A stretch of DNA of 64,000 nt, from NCBI GenBank assembly GCA_951406725.2, contig OX597821.1:59272001-59336000 (forward strand), read 5' to 3'. Shown here piece by piece: positions 1 through 12,973 of the stretch. Every line of letters starts with the position of its first letter. Position 1 is the stretch's first letter. The notes under the pieces are model-generated. The model did no database searches. It was not told where the DNA came from and worked only from the letters and a program-made list of their open reading frames with translations. This DNA comes from Octopus vulgaris. Taxonomy: Eukaryota. The position numbers and the translations under genes were made by a program.

Positions 1-1492
1 ATTGGAGTGCAGCCATTCTGGGGCATCACTTTAGTAGAACAGTTCAATCCCAGTGCTTATTTTATAAGCCTAGAACTTATTCAATTGGTCTTTTTTTGCC
101 AATTTGCTAAGTTACAAGAATATAAACAAACCAATACTGGTTATCAAATGATGATTTGGTGTGTGGACAAACACATACATAAAGAAACACACACACACAC
201 ACGCACACATGCACACACACGCACACACACACACATGTGCTAGTGGAATGTAAAATGCACCATTTGTGTGTGGCTGATTCCAGTGCCACCTGACTGGCTC
301 CCATGCTGTGGCACATAAAAAGCACGATTCAAATGTGATCGATGCCAGGCCTACCTGACTGGCTCCTGTGCCAGTGGCACGTAAAAACACCCACTACACT
401 CTTGGAGTGGTTGGTGTTAGGAAGGGCATCCAGCTGTAGAAACTTTGCCAGATCAGATTGGAGCCTGGTACAGCCTCCTGGCTTGCCAGTCCTCAAGCAA
501 AGTGTCCAACCCATGGAAAGCAGACGTTAAATGACAATGATGACAATGATGATACATACATACACAACAGGCTTTTTTCAATTTCCATCTACCAAATCCA
601 CTCACAAGGTTTTGGTCAGCCCATGGCTATTGTAGGAGACACTCACCTAAGTGCTATATGCAGTGGGACTGAACCCAGAACCCTGTGGTTGGGAAGCAAA
701 CTTTTGTCTAGTAAAAGGATGTGAGATATCTTTAATATATCATCATTTAACGTCTGTTGTCCATGCTGACATGGGTTGGACGGTTTGACTGGGTTGGCAT
801 GTGGAAGGCTGCACCAGGCTCCAGTCTGATTTGGCATGGTTTTCTATGGCTGGATGCCCTTCCTAACGCCAACCACTCCAAGAGTGCAATGTATGCTTTC
901 ACATGCCACCGGCACAGGTGTCATTTGCATGACACCAGTATCTGCCACATCTGCAATTTTGCTCAGCTTGATAGGTCTTCTTCTCAAGCACGTCTTGGTC
1001 ATTGCCTCTATGAAGCCTAACACTTGAAAGGAACTCGGCCTCTTTGCCTCTTAGAGGCTCATTGCTCGAAAGGAACTCAGCCACTTTGCCTCTGTGAGGC
1101 CCAACACTCAAAATGAGCTTAGCTACCTTGCTTCTGTGAGGCCCGGGTGTGTGGCCTAGTGGTTAGAGCATATTACACTCGTGATAGCTAATCATAGGTT
1201 CAATTCCCAGACTAGGAAGTACATTGTGTTCTTGAGCAAAACACTTCATTTCACATTGTTCCAGTCCACACAGCTGTATATGGGTTAACCTGTGACAGAA
1301 TATCTTTCCAATCTGGGGGAATGTTGGCCTACTCACCTACCCAGTGAGTTGGTGCCATTTGAAATCTAACGCAATGGGAAGTGCATTGTGGCCAGCGGTG
1401 TATAACAACATCTGATAGTCTGCTTGATACCATGATACCATGATATTTATTTGATTATAAGGTAATAAGGGTGATATAATAAGTCTCTAGAG

Positions 1493-1842
1493 CAGTGTTT
1501 CTCAACCAGGGCCTATGTGGCCCCTGTGGGTCCATTTAGGGTTTTTGGGGTCTACGCAACAAAATAGTAAATCGAGGACCCACAGCAGTATTTTAAGGGC
1601 TCCTGAAAATATTTTGCTTTAGATATATGTATTGGTATGTATTGCAAGAATCAGTAAGGTTTCTTTCTCTTACATTTTACATTGTTCAACCTACACAAGT
1701 TAATGTGTGAAAAACAAACTAGGAATTTTGAGAGAAGTATCTCTAAAATTAGTTTTTAAACATTGAATGACTAATGGGGGGTCCACCAGAATAAAAGAGT
1801 TATCAAAGGGGTCCATAGATAAAAAATATTTGAGAACCCCTG
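1493..1842. mobile_element. Non-autonomous hAT (Charlie-like) MITE
   Basis: Termini CAGTGTTTCTCAA and TTGAGAACCCCTG; perfect 8-bp TSD CTCTAGAG (1485-1492, 1843-1850). Confidence 0.9.
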
Positions 1843-4042
1843 CTCTAGAGTCATGGCTTATTGTATCTTATCCAATCTACTAAGTTTAAATCCTGCTAGG
1901 GTTGACTTTCTGTTGTGTCCTTCTAAAGGTAATTAAAGAAGTACCTGTAATACACTGAGGTTTGTACAATTCTTTGTGTTCTATTCTTTATCTTTTACTT
2001 GTTTCAGTCACTGGGCTGCTGCCATGCTGGGGCATTTCTTTGAAGGGTTTTAGTCAAATAAATAGATCTCTGTACTTATTTTTTTTAAAACCTGGTATTT
2101 ATTCTATCAGTTTTTTTTCTGTTGAACTAAGTTACAGGTGATGTAAACAAACCAACACTGGTTGTCAAGTGGTGGTGGAGGGAAAGACATACACAGACAC
2201 AGATCCAAGCACACACACTGAACTTCTTATAGTTTGGCATCTACCAAATCCTCTCACAGGGCATTGTTCAACCCTAGGCTAGAGGAGAAGACACTTGCAC
2301 AGGGTGCAATGTAGTGGGACTGAACCTGAAACCATGTGGCTGGAAAGCAAAGTTCTTACCATACAGCGATGCCTGCAATTACTACAAAAAAAAAAAAGAA
2401 GAAAAAGAAAGACTAGAAAGAAAAAGAATTGGCTGTGTGCCTAAGAAAGAAATCAATATTTATCCGAGCATTACAGATACATAAGCAGTGTAGGGGATAT
2501 GTAGAAAATGTTTTCTAAAAATATGCAGTTTTTAAAGACAAATGGGATGTTGTGACAGAAACAGTAAAAGTAACAAAAGACTCTCTGTGTGTGTGTGTAT
2601 AGGGGACGGGGTTAGTGATTTCAGTGGGGAGCTGAGCTAAGATGTATTTGCTGACATCCATGCTGCTCCAGGTTGCAGAATAAAGGAGTGACAGAAGCAA
2701 AGACAGAGCACAGTAGATTTATTGAACAGTTTATGTGAAAAGTGCTTTGTATTGATTATTACTGTCAGGGCTGCTGATTATTGATTTTCATATTTTTTTC
2801 CCTGTGAAGTTAGATGAGTTTTTGAGGGCAATGAATTGGGTTACAGGAGGTTGTGACAAAGATTATTTCAGCAGATTTCTACAAACAAACGGTGAAGTAG
2901 GGATAAGTTGACTAGAAGATTGTTAAGTCATGCAGTTTGTGTAAAGATGGAATTACTAAATTTTTTAACGTTAATTACTTGTGTTTGAAAATGTTAATTA
3001 CTTGTGTTCATTATACACTGAAATAAGTGATGATCTAGAAAGTTCTAACACAGACATTTGGTCAGACATTTGATTGACAAGAAACAAAGCAAAATGTATT
3101 AAGCATACACCTTTTACATTCTTGTTTCAGTCATTAGACTATGGCCATGCTGGAGCACTGCCTTGAAGACATTTTAGCTGAATTATTCAATCTTATTTTT
3201 TTTAAGCATGGTACTTATTCTACTGGTGTCTTTTGTTGAACTGCTAAGTTACATGGGCATAAACTCATCAACAGCAGTGTGGGACAAACAAACTTTTTAA
3301 AAAAATTAGGTCTGGGGTTGATTTTTTTCACTGAAGCCCTTTAGGGTGGTACCCCACTAAGACCACAGTCCAATGATTGAAACAAGTAAAAAATAAAATG
3401 TGAAAACTAATTCATCTAATTTTTATTTTATCATCTTCAGAAGATTGAAAATAAAAGTTGGCCACAACAGAATTCTAATTTTCTTTTCTTCCTTCAATTT
3501 GGAAAAAGGGCAATTCCTATCACCTCCTATGTCCCTCATTTTTTTTTCAAGACTTTTGTGATTGGAAGGAAGGATGTAAGGAAGGAAACTATCTTCAAAC
3601 TGGAGTTCTGACTTGAATGCCTGCAATGGAGAGGACTTTGATGTAGTAATGTCAGACCAGGTGACAAATCAAGTCTAACACCCAAGAACTCAGAACACAC
3701 ACACATGCATGCACATACACATGTGCACGCATGCACACACTCAATGAATACTACAATGCAGTTTGTTTGATATTTAATAACTCTGCTGATCCACTATCCT
3801 GGAGATCCCCACCAAATGTACTAAGGAATATAATTAATAAAAAAAAAAAACGATAGAAAGGCTGTGTAAATGTTACATATGGTCCATACTGTTATATGGT
3901 GCAGGCACACGGACATTGACAAAAACTTTATCTGACAAACTAAAAAGCTTTTGAAATGTGGACATAGAGAAGAATGTTCAGAATCTTCTGGACAAAACAA
4001 AACTAATGAAATGCTGCAACTAGCAAATATGAAATGCTGCAA

Positions 4043-4441
4043 CTAGCAAGCTATTTTGACCCGTGCTTCGCTCGGGTTTTGGTGGTCATGTTGTTTTGTG
4101 CGTGTTGTCTCTTTTTCCCTTTCTTCTTTTGTTTGTTTTCTTTGCCTGGTTCTTTTTATTGCCCTCTTCTTTTTCTTTTTCTTCTTTTTTTTATTTTATC
4201 TTCGTCTTTATCTTCTTTAAAACTCAATTTTTCCCATATTCCTCACCATGGCGACCAAACGGTAGCCCCAAGTGACTTGCAACCCTCCTCACACCATTGC
4301 CCACCCCATTTTACCCCCCAGTGTAAATTTTGGCACCAATCCAACCCCACCTACAGCCCCTTAAACCGTTCCCATCCCAAAATGAGACAAATAACCAAGA
4401 AATCAAACAACTTTTTCGCATTTCAGCTTTCTAGATATTGA
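4043..4441 (-). mobile_element. Non-autonomous Helitron
   Basis: On the - strand it starts A|TCAATATCTAGAAAGCTGAA and ends with hairpin ACCCGAGCGAAGCACGGGT about 12 nt before CTAG|T. These are canonical Helitron termini at an AT target. Confidence 0.8.
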
Positions 4442-4570
4442 TTATTAGTCTCAACTAGCCTAAAAAAGGAAGCTAAAGTACTTTGGTAAGAGCACAAGGT
4501 ACACAAAGAGTAAAGGTACACAAGAAGGAGAGATAAATGACAAAAGCTGAAGAGGAAGACCTAGAACAAA

Positions 4571-4924
4571 TTTTTCAATATGATCTCTACAGATTTTCTT
4601 TAGACGTTAGAGCCAGTAATGAAAGCTATGACATTTCGCATATGAATAAAGAACTCCTGATATATGCTTATACACCCATTACCTACTTTTCTATTTTTGA
4701 TCACATTGTTTACATAGACGTATTTGTATACAAAACGTAGTAACTTTCAGTAACTTTCAGTGGTGGCTCTAACTTCAATAGAAAATCTGTTGAGATAACT
4801 TTAAAAAGTGATTGAGTTGCATTGCTAACACAGGTGGGACATAGTGTTGACTTATGAAGCCTTTTGTATACTTGGTTGTACGTTACTGTTGCAAAATGAA
4901 ACACAGTGTTCCTGCCAGCAATTA
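4571..4924. mobile_element. 354-bp insertion with a 10-bp TSD and internal inverted repeat (Penelope-like remnant?)
   Basis: CTAGAACAAA is duplicated at 4561-4570 and 4925-4934; ~45-bp inverted arms at 4571-4615 and ~4763-4807. Confidence 0.55.
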
Positions 4925-5264
4925 CTAGAACAAACTGGTTTGATAACATAAAGGACTGGAGTAAATTTATCATATGGTGAATGTGTAAGAATGGCAGATG
5001 AAAGACTTAAATGGAGATCCTTGGTAGTCAACCTGCTGAGAGCAGACATCACCTAATGATGATGACTTAAAGGAATAAAGGTAAAACTGATCATCACAAT
5101 CGGGTTTGAACTCAGAGTGAAAAGGGCCAGAACAAATACCACAAGGTAGTTTGTCTTATTTCTTAATATCCTCTGTTCCCCTCCATTCCTCCTCTGTCTT
5201 TTTTGACTGTTGCCCTGACGTAAACAAATTCTTCCACCTCATTGTTGTTGATTCTCACAGACAA

Positions 5265-5803
5265 TATCCAAAACCTGGAAAGCATTCTGTAATCTAACAA
5301 AGGTATGAAGAATCCAAGATATTGGCTTCAAAATAAAGCTGCAGCTGTTCAAGACATTGGTTTGACCAGTATTACTCTGCAGATATGAAAACTGGAAAGT
5401 GACAAAAATGGAAGGAAAAACAATGGACAGCTTCCAGTTCATATGTTTAAGGAGAATACACAACATTAAGTCGCTGCAAATAGTCCAAAATGACACAATT
5501 GAGATAACAACAGGCATCAACAGAATCAGTGATGGAATAAAATGCAGACATTGGAACTGGATCAGATACATCCTCAGACAAGATTGAAAAAGCGATTGTA
5601 AAGTGGCACTAAAATGACAACCTGAGGGGAAAGGTGCAGCAGGACACTCTAAAACATCATTATGAAAGACCATTAACAAGGAAAGGAAATAATGAGAAGG
5701 GTGGAGAAGCTGGATCAAGACCAGAATAATGGCAGAAAACAGAGCTGGTTGGAGAGATTGTGTTGTGGCCTTTTGTGCTAAATGGCATGGAGAGAACTAA
5801 GTA
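5265..5803 (+). mobile_element. Decayed RTE-like LINE 3' fragment
   Basis: Post-RT remnants such as FQFICLRRIHNIK and RHWNWIRYILR. A second copy of the same 3' end lies at ~42440-42670. Confidence 0.7.
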
Positions 5804-6419
5804 ATTTGTCTTATGGTCTATCATCAAATCATCATTATCATCATAGTTTAATGTTCATTTTCCATGCTGGCATAGGTTGGATGGTTTGAATGAGGTCTGA
5901 AGAACCAGCAGCTGCACCAGGCTCCAATCTAATCTGGCAATATTTCTACAACTGGATACCCTTCTTAACGCCAACCACCCCGAGAGTGTAGTGGGTGCTT
6001 TTTACATGCCATCAGTACAGGAACCAGTCAGGTGGGTCTGGCATCGATCATGTTCAGATAGTGCTTTTTTATGAGGGCCAGTCAGGGGGTACTGGCATTG
6101 GCGCTTTTTCAAGTCCCTAGCATGGGAGCCAGTCAGGCGGACCTGGCATTGACCACATTCGGATGGTGATTTTTACATGCCACCAGCACAGGAGCCACTG
6201 ACCACAGCTACAATATTGGTTGCAGCTGTGACCAGTGCCCCCTGCTACAACCAATATTGTAGCTGTGGCCAGTGCCCCCTGACTGGCTCTCATGCCAGTG
6301 ACATGTAAAAAGCACCATCCGAACATGGTCGATGCCAGTACCCGCTGACTGGCTGCCAATTTGCCCCTCAGAATGGAAATTAAGTACTGTGATAAAATCG
6401 TTTTGATACTCTAATAATT

Positions 6420-6830
6420 CCACCATTCCACTTCTCTAGAGTTTACTGACTTCTATCTTAAACTAAATACTATAAAATCTGAAATTATTGGAGGCAAGTG
6501 GGCTCTCAGAAATTCCAGCTTGGTGTCTGGCATGCTGGAAGACCACTGGGTGTGAGGCACCCCTTAACTTTTGTTAAAACATGTATCTAGAACCTGCTTC
6601 AAACCCAGGCTGATAATCGCCTGCAATGGTCAAAAATGACAACAAAATGAACTGTTACAGATCACACTTTCCCAAAGTGTGCATGTATGTGGCTGAGGAC
6701 CACATGTGGCTGGGGACCACATGTGACTGGGGAATACATGTGACTGGGGATCACATGTGAACTTACATTCCCACTGAAACTTCGAACAATCGAAGTTGGC
6801 CCAACCCACCTCAGGTGAATTCTGCAACAA
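6420..6830. repeat. Unclassified interspersed repeat with an inverted copy at ~40400-40690
   Basis: GGGCTCTCAGAAATTC, CCACTGGG, CATGT.TCTAGAA and CCCAAAGTGTG match the reverse complement of 40400-40690. Confidence 0.6.
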
Positions 6831-6973
6831 GTACAAATAAGGAAGCAAGCTGGTAGAATCATTTGCATGTCAGCAGAAAAATGCTTAGCAACACCTCTTT
6901 GAACTTTTTATGTTCTGAATTCAAATGCTACCAAGGTCAGCTTCACCTTTTGTCCTTTTGAGGTCAATACAAT

Positions 6974-7418
6974 TGTAGCGGCACAAACTGCCAGTGCCAC
7001 AATAGATGAGATCTCGCGGCAGCCATTGCCATCTCCGAGACCTCACCTGCATCCATTTGCTATGCGCGAGATCACAACGAGGCTCGCGATGGAACAATGT
7101 AGACAGAAAACCGATTGAGTCCTGTCTCTTCTCTTTTGGCACCATTCACACCGCAGCATTGGCCTGAACACCAATGCTGGCAGAGTTTTCTGCCTGTCTA
7201 TCTCCAGTGGCTATGCACCCACACTATCGGAGTTTAAGATGGTAGCTGAGAGCAGCACACTTCACCTTTCCTGTAAATAAACCAGTTGTAAATAGCATTT
7301 ATGCTTGAAGTGTTTTCTCTTCGCCTGCTGGAAGCCTGAACTACATAAAGAACAAGAAAGAGATGATGGAAGAAGATGATATTCCTCAGATATCATAAAC
7401 CTTGCCTTCCATTACTAA
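6974..7418 (+). mobile_element. Probable solo LTR inserted in a SINE
   Basis: Begins TGTAGCGG, ends in degenerate CCATTACTAA, 5-bp TSD ACAAT (6969-6973, 7419-7423) and an internal AATAAA. It splits a SINE whose halves rejoin across it. Confidence 0.55.
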
Positions 7419-8499
7419 ACAATAAAGTACCAGTCAAGTACTGGGTTGATGTAATCAACTTGCCTTCCCCCACCCCTCGAATTTACTGACCTTGTGCCAA
7501 AATTTGAAATGATTATTAATTCATTATTAGAAGCGTTTGATATATAATGACATCAATATAGTTATAATTCATAAAGCCAAATGAGTTGGTATAATAATCA
7601 GCTGTGACTTTTAACTAACATATCAAATGGTCAAGCTAATGAGGTCAGCCTTGGCCTGTTAGAAATAGCAGCCAAATCTCTTTCAAATCAGACTCTACCT
7701 TTTTTTTTTAAAGGTAGTTGTACAAATACAAAAGTGATGATTGTGGGTAGAATGCCTTTGACCATAGTACTACACAATCAGAGTTGAGTCCAGATTAACC
7801 CTTTTGATACAAACCCACCTGAGGCTTCCCTGTTTAATGATACTTAAAATATACACTTTAAAGTGTTCATCCTCTTCCACCTCTTCCTCCTCATCTTCAT
7901 CATCATCGTCACCACCACCATTTAACATATATTTTCCATGCTAGCATGGGTTGCACGGTTTGACTGGAACTGGTAAGGCCAGGGGTCACACCAGGTCCTA
8001 TAGTCTGTTTTGGCTTGGTTTCTGTGGCTGGATGCCCTTCCTAACGCCAACCACTCCACAGAAGTGTAGTGGGTACTTTTTGTGTGACACCAGCACCAGT
8101 AAGAACCTTCTGTCATGTTCCAAACACCACTTAACTAATGGAGATGTTAGTCATATTACCAAACCCACCACCACCACCACCACAATCACCACCATTACTA
8201 TCATGAATTAGACTTATCTGCAGGCAGTAAGGATATATAATGACATCAATATAGTGTATAATTCATAAAGCCAAATGAGTATGGTATTGATGAATGAGCT
8301 TTTGTTTACAACTTTCACGGAATAATGTGTGATTAGTTCTGCTCAGTGTATAGCAAAAAGCCCAACAAATACTGTTCACGATACAGTAAACACATTCCAG
8401 TCAGCAGATGTTGAGGTTTAGTGTATGCTTATGGTAGACTAGGAGTAAATCAATTATTTCAATGTGCTGGTGTAATAACAAGATTTGCATACCATAGTT

Positions 8500-8660
8500 C
8501 AACATCATCATCATCATCATTGTCATCATCATCGTTATCTGTCATCATCGTCACCACCACCACCATAATCACCATCATAATCAGCTTAATTGTTGTCATC
8601 ATCATCATCATCATCGTCGTCGTCGTTATTATCATTGCATCATTGTAATCATCATCATTT
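8500..8660. repeat. (CAT)n-rich degenerate trinucleotide tract, an expanded RTE-type tail
   Basis: Directly precedes TTTAATGTGCTCCATCCATGCTGG, the reverse complement of the RTE 3' end. Confidence 0.8.
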
Positions 8661-8905
8661 AATGTGCTCCATCCATGCTGGTATGGACTGGATGGTTTGA
8701 CAAGAGCTGGCAAGTCAGATGGTTCCTACGGCTGGATGCTTTTCCTCTTGCCAAACACTTTACAGACAGCACCAGGTGTTTTTTTTATGTTGCACCAGCA
8801 ACAGTGAGATCACCAAGAAACTTGAAAACAAGACCCTTCAACTAAGGCAGAGGAAATTGTATTGAAGAAGGTAGCTTTATGTTGCCAGGCGATGAGAGGT
8901 TAAAG

Positions 8906-9423
8906 CAGGAGTGCGGAAACTCCTGTCCGTGAGCGCAATTGCACTTGAAAGCCCATTTTATTGTGCCCACAGGCTGATATACTCATACGTACAAAATATA
9001 GTAAATTTTTCAATCAAAATTTATACAATATTCGTATACTTATTTGAGACATAGGTTGCGTTTCCACTATGGCTTAAAAGGGTCAAGAATCGCCCGGTAA
9101 TTGCTATTTGAATGGAAATTTTGTTTTCAGCAGAAAACACATATTGCTAGGTTTGTACCACCCCCTTGAAACCCAACTACACTTTAGCTGAAAAATATTG
9201 AATACCTCATAAGTAATATAAGTGTCCTAAATTCAGTGACGGTGTAAATGAAGATGTTATGCGTTAATTCAATGTGTTAAACCTATCTTTATTAATGTAT
9301 ACCAAATCATACATAGATATATACAAGAGTTACACAGATATAAAAGTTAGAACCTGTGTTCTGCCTGCAGATTTTTTCTTAGGAATTTTTTGCCTGCTGC
9401 ACTAAAAAGTTTCCCCACCCCTG
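8906..9423. mobile_element. Non-autonomous hAT MITE
   Basis: Termini CAGGAGTGCGGAAAC and GTTTCCCCACCCCTG; perfect 8-bp TSD GGTTAAAG (8898-8905, 9424-9431). Confidence 0.88.
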
Positions 9424-11194
9424 GGTTAAAGTATAATAGAGGGATAGAAATAGGTATCTTGCAGTAGAGGAGATACATGGCTACTCCAATAGGAGAGAGA
9501 GAAGAGGGAGAAATAGAGAGAGAGAAAGAGGGGAAAGAGAGATAGACAAATAGATAGACAGACAGACAGAGGGAGAGAGAGAGGATTTTACTCGAAGCTA
9601 AAATAGATAGATAAATTCCCTTGTTGAAGTGATGTAACTATGTTGACTGTAATGGAGATAATAATCCTTTCTTCTGGAGGCACAAAGCCACGAATTTTGA
9701 GGGATGGGACTAGTCGATTAGATTGACCCCAGTGTTTCACTGGTACTTAATTTATTGACCCCGGATGGATGAAAGGAAAGATGGCCTTGGTGGAATTTGG
9801 ACTCAGAATGTAGCAACAGATGGAATAAGGCTAAGCATTTCGCCTGGTGATAATAATTACGGTTGTGTGTGTTTGCGTGTGTATTGTGTATGTGTATGTT
9901 TTTGTGTTTATATCATTGTTTATAGAAGTTTCAGTGGCAGTGAAATTACAATTGTTAAATATGTATTTATAAGAATAAAGCTGGTCTTCATTCAAAAATG
10001 TACAACAGAACGTAAAAATTACATAATAAGATATCCAGTTCACTAGGACAGTCAGTGTACAGATATATAATATAACCACTGATTATAATGATCCAGCGAA
10101 AGATTATCAACATCAGTGATTCTTAACCAATATTTTTGTTGTACCCACCTTTCAGGTAGCTGTTGTGTCTAGTGCCCACTAAGTGGTGAGTTATCGCGAT
10201 TAAACTAACACACCACCACCACCATGGTGGGTTGAATGGTCTGACAGAAGCTGGCCTGCCAAAGAGCTGCCTAGACTCCATGTCTGTTTTGACATGGTTT
10301 CTACAGCTTGATGCCCTTCCTAATGCCAACCACCTTACAGGGTATGCTACTATGGGTAAAATTTAGCATGTTAATCATATTACGTCATCACCCCTATTAC
10401 CGCCCCCAAAGTCCTTTCAACATACCCAGCTTTAACAACTGGGCGTTAAGAACCTCTGCTCTTCATGGCTGATTGATCCAGTAAAAACAGCAGCTAAAGT
10501 CTCACTCATAAACACACCAGACTATTTTAGAAAATACGACTACATTGAATAATGTAGAACCAGAAAGATAGGAAGGCCACAGCTGGCGATCCTTTTGATG
10601 ATAAATTTGCGCAAACAAGTCTGACCTTGGGTGGTGGCTAAGAACAATTGAACATTCGAACTTGTAAACGTTCAGGCTTGTTCATCCACTAGAAATAGCA
10701 GCTAAATGTTACTCAAATTACACCCTGCCGTCGCAAAAACTGAAAGACACATTGAATAATGAGGTCCTGGAATGATGGGGAGGCTACGACTGGATTTCCT
10801 TCCGATAATAGGTTTACTCAACCAAGTTTGGCCAAGGGTAGAGCTAAACAGAAACTGAACACCAAGACCCGCAAACATTCGCGTCAATTCGTCCACTACA
10901 AATGCAGACGACAGTTTGGAAACATTCTTTGTGGATGACTGCGTTTACTTAAACAATAAATGACATTATGAAGGTGTGGGTTCTCACTCGGGAATGACAC
11001 CTCCTGCTTAAGATTTAGAGAACCTAGCAGAACAGGTAAATAAACAGCCATGAGTCAAAGCCGGAACTGAAAGTGTGTCATGAACTAATCTTATCAAGAG
11101 CTTACCACTACAGTACATTTTATTCTACGCTTACCTCACATAATGATATAATGTGTTGTCCAAGTTATTAGCATTATTCATTTGTAGGAAGGTG

Positions 11195-11625
11195 GAGTGG
11201 GGTGAACTGGCAGAATCGATATTGCACCAGAGAAAATGCTTAGCCGCTTTTCTTCTGGCTCCTTATAGTCTAAATTCAAATCCAGCTAAGGTCGACCTTG
11301 CTTTTTACCCTTCCAGGGTCGGTAAAAGAATGTACCAGTCAAGTACTTGGGTTGATATGACCAACAAACCTCCTATCCCCAAATTCCAGGCCTTGTGCCC
11401 CATAGTAGAAAGCAGCGTACTGACAGAATTGTTAGTATGCTGGACAAAATGCTTAGCGGCGATTCTTCCGGCTCTTCATATTCTGAGTTCCAATTATGCC
11501 GAGGTCAGCTTTGCTCTTCATCCTTTCGGGGTTGATAAAATAAAGCACCAGTCAACACTGAGTTCGATATAATCGACTAACCCTCTCTTTAAATTGCTTG
11601 CGTTAAGTCTAAAATTTGAAACTAT
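11195..11625 (+). mobile_element. Two tandem copies of a third SINE family
   Basis: Unit GAACTGGCAGAATCG...TTCAAATCC...GGTCGACCTTGCTTTT...GTACCAGTCAAGTACT...CCTTGTGCC occurs twice. Also at ~6845-7510, 9665-9850 (-), 23420-23625 (-), 36050-36260, 41795-42000 and 58480-58690 (-). Confidence 0.75.
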
Positions 11626-12064
11626 CCAGTTTTTTTTTTGTTTTTGCTGAAGTGTACACCCGACTCGTAACAGGAAAATAATTCCAAATGAAAATAATAG
11701 GTAATGAAATATTGTTTTTATTGAATAAATTTTTAGTTGCAATGTAAACTATGATTATTATGTGAGAAAATATATTTAAAGATGTTGCTCAGAATGCAAC
11801 TTTTTCAACGTACACATGCACCCACACACTCTTCACAAACTATTACTCAGAGTTTCACGTGACAGATCAGATCCGTGACGTGAAACTGAGTAACAATTTG
11901 TGAAGTCTTTTCAGCTTTAATTGCAGCAGGTGTGTGTGTGTGCGTATGGATGGATGGATGGATAGCTAGCTAGCTAGATAGATAGATAGTTAGATTACAA
12001 TTTAGCTTAAGCATAGAGATACTAATAAGCAGTAATTAAAACTCAAGATACATATGGTTTAGAG

Positions 12065-12474
12065 CAGTGGTTCTCAATCATTTTTTTTACCCGTGGACCC
12101 TTTTTGATTTCCATTTTCTTGGGTAGACCCTAACCATTCGATGTTTAAAAAATCCTATTATATTTTTATAACTAAATATTATTAGAAATTGCATAAAAAA
12201 TGTAAAATAAAATAAAACATAGTGCAGAAATAATATCATGTTATAAAATAAATAGGGTATATAAACTAAATAACAATATAATATTATTTCATTGCCTTCA
12301 CAGTGTTTTACAAAATTAAATTAGAAAATTAGATAAAACAGACAACAGAAGGGAAAAAAATTAAAACGAAAAAAGAAAAAGCGAGAAAGAAAAAAGAGAA
12401 AAAAGAAAAAGGAAAAAACAATTTATCAATAAATTTCAACAAAATCTTATATGGACCCCAGCTGAGAACCACTG
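12065..12474. mobile_element. Non-autonomous hAT (Charlie-like) MITE
   Basis: Termini CAGTGGTTCTCA and TGAGAACCACTG; 8-bp TSD GTTTAGAG / GTTTAAAG with one mismatch. Confidence 0.85.
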
Positions 12475-12785
12475 GTTTAAAGTATAAAGCATCAGGAGAG
12501 TACAGAGCATAATATTAATTAATAAATGGCAAAAGAACAGGAGTTACGTCATCAACTTCATTAGCTCACAAGTGTTTCTGCTGTAAGAAGCAGCACACTC
12601 AGAGCTGAGTGTTTTGCAACATTCTATAGTTTCCTTGGAACCATTGCCCCAGTATGACCGCAGCTCTCGAGCTGAAACTAGTAAAGAGTATGTGTGTATA
12701 TCGTTTTTAGAAAAACATAAATCCGGAGAAGAAGCACACTCTAAGAAGTAGAGCAGTATATATATTTTCCTGATGAAAGCCGGTT

Positions 12786-12973
12786 TATGGGGTGACCCAG
12801 GATTTCACGTCCATAAATGGTTTAACCGTATGGCGTATCGTCAGACCCCAAGACCTGTTGGCCTAACACCTCTTTAAAATATGGAGGATCTTAGGCCAAC
12901 AGGTTTGGGGGTCTGACGATACGCCATAAGGTTTAAACCCTTTATGGACGGGAGCACAGGGTAATCCCCTAAT
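12786..12973. repeat. ~190-bp imperfect hairpin (MITE-like or foldback)
   Basis: Arms 12808-12866 and 12891-12950 (TATGGCGTATCGTCAGACCCC / GGGGTCTGACGATACGCCATA is a perfect match), plus outer GGGGTGACCC / GGGTAATCCCC. Confidence 0.75.

Larger units (their letters stand above)
3860..5066 (+). mobile_element. Decayed RTE-clade LINE 3' fragment split by two insertions
   Basis: Pieces translate (with frameshifts and stops) as YIWSILLYG..KLKAFEMWT.RRMFRI / RKLKYFG..RGRPRT / WFDNIKDW..ECVRMADERLKWRSLV*, followed by a (TGA)n tail. Confidence 0.7.

Noticed and set aside
4034-4441. 135-aa hydrophobic ORF
   Set aside because: It coincides with the non-autonomous Helitron and its low-complexity T-rich interior.
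8421-8713. Poly-S/I and poly-M/D ORFs
   Set aside because: They are translations of a (CAT)n tract.
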